Assembly (NCBI GenBank): GCA_964016885.1
Contig: OZ024740.1
Coordinates: 104,966,001 to 105,030,000, forward strand
Direction: 5' to 3'
Length of the DNA stretch: 64,000 nucleotides
Origin: Eledone cirrhosa
Taxonomy: Eukaryota
A model generated the notes under the pieces. That model saw nothing but the letters and a program-made list of their open reading frames with translations. It made no database searches and had not been told where the DNA came from. The number at the start of each line of letters is the position of its first letter. Position 1 is the stretch's first letter. The position numbers and the translations under genes are program-made. Positions 54,988 through 64,000 of this stretch are shown in pieces.

Positions 54988-55545
54988 AATAACCGCAGTC
55001 ACTGGGGGGGGGTTCAAATAACCACCGCACCCCGAATAACCGCAGTCACTAGGGGGGGTTCGAATAAGACCCTCACCCCAAATAACAGCAGTCACTGGGG
55101 GAGGGTTCGAATAAGCGCCTCACCCCGAATAATCGCAGTCACTGTGGGGGGGGGTTCGAATAAGCGCCGCACCCCGAATAACCGCAGTCACTGTGGGGGG
55201 GGGGGGGGTTTCGAATAAGCGCCTCACCCCGAATAATCGCAGTCACTGGGGGGAGGGTTCGAATAAGCGCCGCACCCCGAATAATCGCAGTCACTGGGGG
55301 GAGGGTTCGAATAAGCGCCGCACCCCGAATAATCGCAGTCACTGGGGGGAGGGTTCGAATAAGCGCCGCACCCCGAATAACCGCAGTCACTGGGGGGAGG
55401 GTTCGAATAAGCGCCGCACCCCGAATAATCGCAGTCACTGGGGGGAGGGTTCGAATAAGCGGGGGGGGGGTTCGAATAAGCGTCTCACCCCGAATAATCG
55501 CAGTCACTGGGGGAGGGTTCGAATAAGCGCCGCACCCCGAATAAC
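54988..55545. repeat. 48-bp GC-rich minisatellite, ~11 copies
   Basis: Unit GAATAAGCGCCGCACCCCGAATAATCGCAGTCACTGGGGGGAGGGTTC. Confidence 0.93.
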
Positions 55546-55582
55546 CCCTTATCCTCCTCTGACCGGTCCCAAGAGATGCATC

Positions 55583-56184
55583 AAATGCACAGAGCGTCAC
55601 CCTTACTCACTCACTTACTCACTTGAACACAGTTTTTTTCATCAAACTTTGATCATAACTTTTTTTGTGCTGAACGAAATTTCGAGATTTTTAGCTTAAG
55701 AGATGTGCAATGATTTACTCTCCATGCTCATATAACTTTCATGTGATTTTGATAATCGGAAGACATTCTAATAATGCTGTAAAGAGACGATTGCCAACGA
55801 AATCACTAAGACAACAATATGTGCTGAACGAAATTTCGAGATTTTTAGCTTAAGAGATGTGCAATGATTTACTCTCCATGCTCATATAACTTTCATGTGA
55901 TTTTGATAATCGGAAGACATTCTAATAATGCTGTAAAGAGACGATTGCCAACGAAATCACTAAGACAACAATATTACTAAACTAAACCGACTACCGTCGG
56001 TTTAGGATATATATATATATATATACAAATGAAAAGATTAATATGTTGCGTACATATCTAAAATCTAATTTGCAAACAAAATGTTCACTTGCATACTATA
56101 TTGGATATATACCAGATGTAATCTCCGATTTATACAATTTAAGTATTTAAATCATATTTGCGTACATGCGTAATGAGTACGAAA

Positions 56185-56233
<49 letters not shown>

Positions 56234-56778
56234 CGTTCATACAAACATACAAGTATAATCATATTTATGAAGGTTATATGCATTTATACATAGACATTAT
56301 ACATACTTATTTAATAATACCAACACCAGAACCAAACATTTCTTAATAAAACAACAATAATCATTTATTTCTTGATATTTACACGAAGAAGAAGAAGAAG
56401 AAGAAGAAGAAGAAGAAGAAGAAGAAGAAAATGATGATGAGGGAGGGGGGGGGGAGAAAGAGGAACAAAACAAGTGGAGGAGGAGGGGGATTATTGGAGT
56501 CGGAAGAAGAGAAAATGCACAGAGCGTCACCCTTACTCACTCACTTACTCACTTGAACACAGTTTTTTTCAACAAACTTTGATCATAACTTTTTTTGTGC
56601 TGAACGAAATTTCGAGATTTTTAGCTTAAGAGATGTGCAATGATTTACTCTCCATGCTCATATAACTTTCATGTGATTTTGATAATCGGAAGACATTCTA
56701 ATAATGCTGTAAAGAGACGATTGCCAACGAAATCACTAAGACAACAATATTACTAAACCGACTACCGTCGGTTTAGGA
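55583..56778 (-). repeat. Duplicated element 5' terminus (55583-56007, with an internal 154-bp tandem duplication, and 56513-56778) separated by microsatellite-rich filler
   Basis: Near-identical blocks, each ending in the hairpin CTAAACCGAC-TACC-GTCGGTTTAG then GA|T on the plus strand. Confidence 0.9.
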
Positions 56779-59700
56779 TAGTCTAACTTTCACACACAAC
56801 AATCTACCATCACACATCTTACACATAATTCATGTAGTCTGACTTTCACACACAATCATCTACCATCACATCTTACACATAATTCATATAGTCTAACTTT
56901 CACACACAACCATCTACCATCACACATCTTACACATAATTCATATAGTCTAACTTTCACACACAATCATCTACCATCACATCTTACACATAATTCATATA
57001 GTCTAACTTTCATACACAACCATCTACCATCACATCTTACACATAATTCATATAGTCTAACTTTCATACACAATCATCTACCAACACATCTTACACATAA
57101 TTCATATAGTCTAACTTTCATACACAACCACCTACCATCACATCTTACACATAATTCATATAGTCTAACTTTCATACACAACCATCTACCAACACATCTT
57201 ACACATAATTCATATAGTCTAACTTTCATACACAATCATCTACCAACACATCTTACACATAATTCATATAGTCTAACTTTCATACACAACCATCTACCAT
57301 CACATCTTACACATAATTCATATAGTCTAACTTTCATACACAATCATCTACCATCACATCTTACACATAATTCAGATAGTCTGACTTTCACGCACAATCA
57401 TCTACCATCACATCTTACACATAATTCATATAGTCTAACTTTCATACACAACCATCTACCATCACATCTTACACATAATTCATATAATCTAACTTTCATA
57501 CACAACCATCTACCATCACATCTTACACATAATTCATATAGTCTAACTTTCATACACAACCATCTACCATCACACATCTTACACATAATTCATATAGTCT
57601 AACTTTCATACACAATCATCTACCATCACATCTTACACATAATTCATGTAGTCTGACTTTCACACACAAGCATCTACCATCACATCTTACACATAATTCA
57701 TATAGTCTAACTTTCACACACAACCATCTACCATCACACATAACCATCTACCATCACACACCTTACACATAATTCATATAGTCTAACTTTCATACACAAC
57801 CATCTACCATCACATCTTACACATAATTCATATAGTCTAACTTTCATACACAACCATCTACCATCACATCTTACACATAATTCATATATTCTAACTTTCA
57901 TACACAACCATCTACCAACACATCTTACACATAATTCATATAGTCTAACTTTCACACACAATCATCTACTAACACATCTTACACATAATTCATATAGTCT
58001 AACTTTCACACACAATCATCTACCATCACACATCTTACACATAATTCATATAGTCTAACTTTCACACACAATCATCTACCATCACATCTTACACATAATT
58101 CATATAGTCTAACTTTCAAACACAACCATCTACCATCACATCTTACACATAATTCATATAGTCTAACTTTCACACACAATCATCTACCATCACATCTTAC
58201 ACATAATTCATATAGTCTAACTTTCACACACAATCATCTACCATCACACATCTTACACATAATTCATATAGTCTAACTTTCACACACAATCATCTACCAT
58301 CACATCTTACACATAATTCATATAGTCTAACTTTCATACAAAACCATCTACCATCACATCTTACACATAATTCATATAGTCTAATTTTCATACACAACCA
58401 TCTACCATCACATCTTACACATAATTCATATAGTCTAACTTTCATACACAACCATCTACCATCACATCTTACACATAATTCATATAGTCTAACTTTCATA
58501 CACAACCATCTACCATCACATCTTACACATAATTCATATAGTCTAACTTTCATACACAATCATCTACCATCACATCTTACACATAATTCATATAGTCTGA
58601 CTTTCACACACAATCATCTACCATCACATCTTACACATAATTCATATAGTCTAACTTTCATACACAACCATCTACCATCACATCTTACACATAATTCATA
58701 TAATCTAACTTTCATACACAACCATCTACCATCACATCTTACACATAATTCATATAATCTAACTTTCATACACAACCATCTACCATCACATCTTACTCAT
58801 AATTCATATAATCTAACTTTCATACACAACCATCTACCATCACATCTTACACATAATTCATATAGTCTAACTTTCATACACAATCATCTACCATCACATC
58901 TTACACATAATTCATATAGTCTAACTTTCATACACAACCATCTACCATCACATCTTACACATAATTCATATAATCTAACTTTCATACACAACCATCTACC
59001 ATCACATCTTACACATAATTCATATAGTCTGACTTTCACACACAATCATCTACCATCACATCTTACACATAATCCATATAGTCTAACTTTCACACACAAC
59101 CATCTACCATCACACATCTTACACATAATTCATATAGTCTAACTTTCACACACAACAATCTACCATCACACATCTTACACATAATTCATATAGTCTGACT
59201 TTCACACACAATCATCTACCATCACATCTTACACATAATTCATATAGTCTAACTTTCACACACAACCATCTACCATCACACATCTTACACATAATTCATA
59301 TAGTCTAACTTTCACACACAATCATCTACCATCACATCTTACACATAATTCATATAGTCTAACTTTCATACACAACCATCTACCATCACATCTTACACAT
59401 AATTCATATAGTCTAACTTTCATACACAATCATCTACCAACACATCTTACACATAATTCATATAGTCTAACTTTCATACACAACCACCTACCATCACATC
59501 TTACACATAATTCATATAGTCTAACTTTCATACACAACCATCTACCAACACATCTTACACATAATTTATATAGTCTAACTTTCATACACAATCATCTACC
59601 AACACATCTTACACATAATTCATATAGTCTAACTTTCATACACAACCATCTACCATCACACATCTTACACAAAATTCATATAGTCTAACTTTCATACACA

Positions 59701-62700
59701 ATCATCTACCATCACATCTTACACATAATTCATATAGTCTGACTTTCACACACAACCATCTACCATCACATCTTACACATAATTCATATAGTCTAACTTT
59801 CACACACAACCATCTACCATCACACATAACCATCTACCATCACACATCTTAAACATAATTCATATAGTCTAACTTTCATACACAACCATCTACCAACACA
59901 TCTTACACATAATTCATATAGTCTAACTTTCATACACAACCACCTACCATCACATCTTACACATAATTCATATAGTCTAACTTTCATACACAACCATCTA
60001 CCATCACATCTTACACATAATTCATATAGTCTAACTTTCATACACAACCATCTACCAACACATCTTACACATAATTCATATAGTCTAACTTTCACACACA
60101 ACCATCTACCATCACATCTTACACATAATTCATATAGTCTAACTTTCATACACAACCATCTACCATCACACATCTTAAACATAATTCATATAGTCTAACT
60201 TTCATACACAATCATCTACCATCACATCTTACACATAATTCATATAGTCTAACTTTCACACACAACCATCTACCATCACATCTTACACATAATTCATATA
60301 GTCTCACTTTCATACACAACCATCTACCATCACCCATCTTACACATAATTCATATAGTCTAACTTTCACACACAACCATCTACCATCACATCTTACACAT
60401 AATTCATATAATCTAACTTTCACACACAACCATCTACCATCACACATCTTACACATAATTCATATAGTCTGACTTTCATACCCAACGATCTACCATCACC
60501 TTACACATAATTCATATATTCTAACTTTCACACACAACCATCTACCATCACATTTTACACATAATTCATATAGTCTAACTTTCACACACAACCATCTACC
60601 ATCACATCTTACACATAATTCATATAGTCTGACTTTCACACACAACCATCTACCATCACATCTTACGCATAATTCATATAGTCTGACTTTCATACACAAT
60701 CATCTACCATCACACATCTTACACATAATTCATATAGTCTAACTTTCACACACAACCATCTACCATCACATCTTACGCATAATTCATATAGTCTGACTTT
60801 CACACACAATCATCTACCATCACATCTTACACATAATTCATATAGTCTAACTTCCACACACAACCATCTACCATCACATCTTACACATAATACTTATAGT
60901 CTAACTTTCATACACAATCATCTACCATCATACATCTTACACATAATTCATATAGTCTAACTTTCACACACAATCATCTACCATCACATCTTACACATAA
61001 TTCATATAGTCTAACTTTCACACACAATCATCTACCATCACACATCTTACACATAATTCATATAGTCTAACTTTCACACACAATCATCTACCATCACATC
61101 TTACACATAATTCATATAGTCTAACTTTCACACACAACCATCTACCATCACATCTTACACATAATTCATATAGTCTAACTTTCATACACAATCATATACC
61201 ATCATACATCTTACACATAATTCATATAGTCTAACTTTCACACACAATCATCTACCATCACATCTTACACATAATTCATATAGTCTAACTTTCACACACA
61301 ACCATCTACCATCACATCTTACACATAATTCATATAGTCTAACTTTCACACACAATCATCTACCATCACACATCTTACACATAATTCATATAGTCTAACT
61401 TTCATACACAACCATCTACCAACACATCTTACACATAATTCATATAGTCTAACTTTCACACACAACCATCTACCATCACATCTTACACATAATTCATATA
61501 ATCTAACTTTCATACACAACCATCTACCATCACATCTTACACATAATTCATATAGTCTAACTTTCACACACAACCATCTACCATCACACATCTTACACAT
61601 AATTCATATAGTCTAACTTTCATACACAACCATCTACCATCACACATCTTACACATAATTCATATAGTCTAACTTTCATACACAATCATCTACCATCACA
61701 TCTTACACATAATTCATATAGTCTGACTTTCACACACAACCATCTACCATCACATCTTACACATAATTCATATAGTCTAACTTTCACACACAACCATCTA
61801 CCATCACACATAACCATCTACCATCACACATCTTACACATAATTCATATAGTCTAACTTTCATACACAACCATCTACCATCACATCTTACACATAATTCA
61901 TATAGTCTAACTTTCATACACAACCATCTACCATCACATCTTACACATAATTCATATAGTCTAACTTTCATACACAACCATCTACCAACACATCTTACAC
62001 ATAATTCATATAGTCTAACTTTCATACACAACCACCTACCATCACATCTTACACATAATTCATATAGTCTAACTTTCATACACAACCATCTACCATCACA
62101 TCTTACACATAATTCATATAGTCTAACTTTCATACACAACCATCTACCAACACATCTTACACATAATTCATATAGTCTAACTTTCATACACAACCATCTA
62201 CCAACACATCTTACACATAATTCATATAGTCTAACTTTCACACACAATCATCTACCATCACACATCTTACACATAATTCATATAGTCTAACTTTCACACA
62301 CAACCCTCTACCATCACATCTTACGCATAATTCATATAGTCTGACTTTCACACACAACCATCTACCATCACATCTTACACATAATTCATATAGTCTAACT
62401 TTCACACACAACCATCTACCATCACATCTTACACATAATTCATATAGTCTAACTTTCATACACAACCATCTACCATCACACATCTTAAACATAATTCATA
62501 TAGTCTAACTTTCATACACAATCATCTACCATCACATCTTACACATAATTCATATAGTCTAACTTTCACACACAACCATCTACCATCACATCTTACACAT
62601 AATTCATATAGTCTCACTTTCATACACAACCATCTACCATCACCCATCTTACACATAATTCATATAGTCTAACTTTCACACACAACCATCTACCATCACA

Positions 62701-64000
62701 TCTTACACATAATTCATATAATCTAACTTTCACACACAACCATCTACCATCACACATCTTACACATAATTCATATAGTCTGACTTTCATACCCAACGATC
62801 TACCATCACCTTACACATAATTCATATATTCTAACTTTCACACACAACCATCTACCATCACATTTTACACATAATTCATATAGTCTAACTTTCACACACA
62901 ACCATCTACCATCACATCTTACACATAATTCATATAGTCTGACTTTCACACACAACCATCTACCATCACATCTTACGCATAATTCATATAGTCTGACTTT
63001 CATACACAATCATCTACCATCACACATCTTACACATAATTCATATAGTCTAACTTTCACACACAACCATCTACCATCACATCTTACGCATAATTCATATA
63101 GTCTGACTTTCACACACAATCATCTACCATCACATCTTACACATAATTCATATAGTCTAACTTCCACACACAACCATCTACCATCACATCTTACACATAA
63201 TACTTATAGTCTAACTTTCATACACAATCATCTACCATCATACATCTTACACATAATTCATATAGTCTAACTTTCACACACAATCATCTACCATCACATC
63301 TTACACATAATTCATATAGTCTAACTTTCACACACAATCATCTACCATCACACATCTTACACATAATTCATATAGTCTAACTTTCACACACAATCATCTA
63401 CCATCACATCTTACACATAATTCATATAGTCTAACTTTCACACACAACCATCTACCATCACATCTTACACATAATTCATATAGTCTAACTTTCATACACA
63501 ATCATATACCATCATACATCTTACACATAATTCATATAGTCTAACTTTCACACACAATCATCTACCATCACATCTTACACATAATTCATATAGTCTAACT
63601 TTCACACACAACCATCTACCATCACATCTTACACATAATTCATATAGTCTAACTTTAACACACAATCATCTACCATCACACATCTTACACATAATTCATA
63701 TAGTCTAACTTTCATACACAACCATCTACCAACACATCTTACACATAATTCATATAGTCTAACTTTCACACACAACCATCTACCATCACATCTTACACAT
63801 AATTCATATAATCTAACTTTCATACACAACCATCTACCATCACATCTTACACATAATTCATATAGTCTAACTTTCATACACAATCATCTACCATCACATC
63901 TTACACATCATACATATAGTCTAACTTTCATGCACAACCATCTACCATCACATCTTACACATAATTCATATAGTCTAACTTTCATACACAACCATCTACC
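56779..64000. repeat. 54/56-bp satellite array, right part (runs off the window)
   Basis: Same monomer, resuming in register after the insertion. Confidence 0.98.

Larger units (their letters stand above)
52248..56778 (-). mobile_element. Composite Helitron-like element (4531 bp) inserted in the satellite
   Basis: Excising it restores ATTCATA|TAGTCT exactly, with no TSD; the minus strand reads A|TC...CTAG|T. Confidence 0.85.

Noticed and set aside
55139-55699. ORFs of 153 and 168 aa on both strands
   Set aside because: Translations of the 48-bp minisatellite.
45437-63883. Many Cys-rich ORFs (CMKVRLYELCVRCDGRWL)n
   Set aside because: They are a by-product of the 54-bp period, broken at random by TGA variants and 56-bp monomers. 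They are useful only as a clue to RTE ancestry.
43255-64000. CRISPR-like regular repeats
   Set aside because: Monomers are contiguous with no unique spacers, there are no cas genes, and the context is eukaryotic.

Overview
AT-rich, repeat-dominated animal genomic DNA. The SINE and LINE families suggest a mollusc, probably an octopus or other cephalopod (inferred, not verified). One host gene is visible: an intact single-exon pyruvate dehydrogenase phosphatase (PDP, PP2C family) at 25295-26872. The rest is transposon-derived: RTE and CR1 LINE relics, a Penelope-like element with hammerhead-ribozyme-like motifs, tRNA-derived SINEs, DNA-transposon MITEs (mariner, Tc2, hAT, piggyBac, Ginger-like), a full-length but decayed Helitron (15525-22718) and a short non-autonomous Helitron. 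From ~43.2 kb to the window end lies a 54/56-bp satellite. Two observations stand out. (1) The satellite monomer is codon-colinear with a segment of the RTE ORF, and the array's left edge runs into the rest of that RTE relic. (2) A 4531-bp Helitron-like composite element sits cleanly at an A|T site in the satellite. It has doubled hairpin-bearing 5' ends, an inverted copy of its 3' end bracketing a captured LINE ORF1 PHD fragment, and an ORF with a 2A/StopGo-like motif (LLIIGCVELNPGP).
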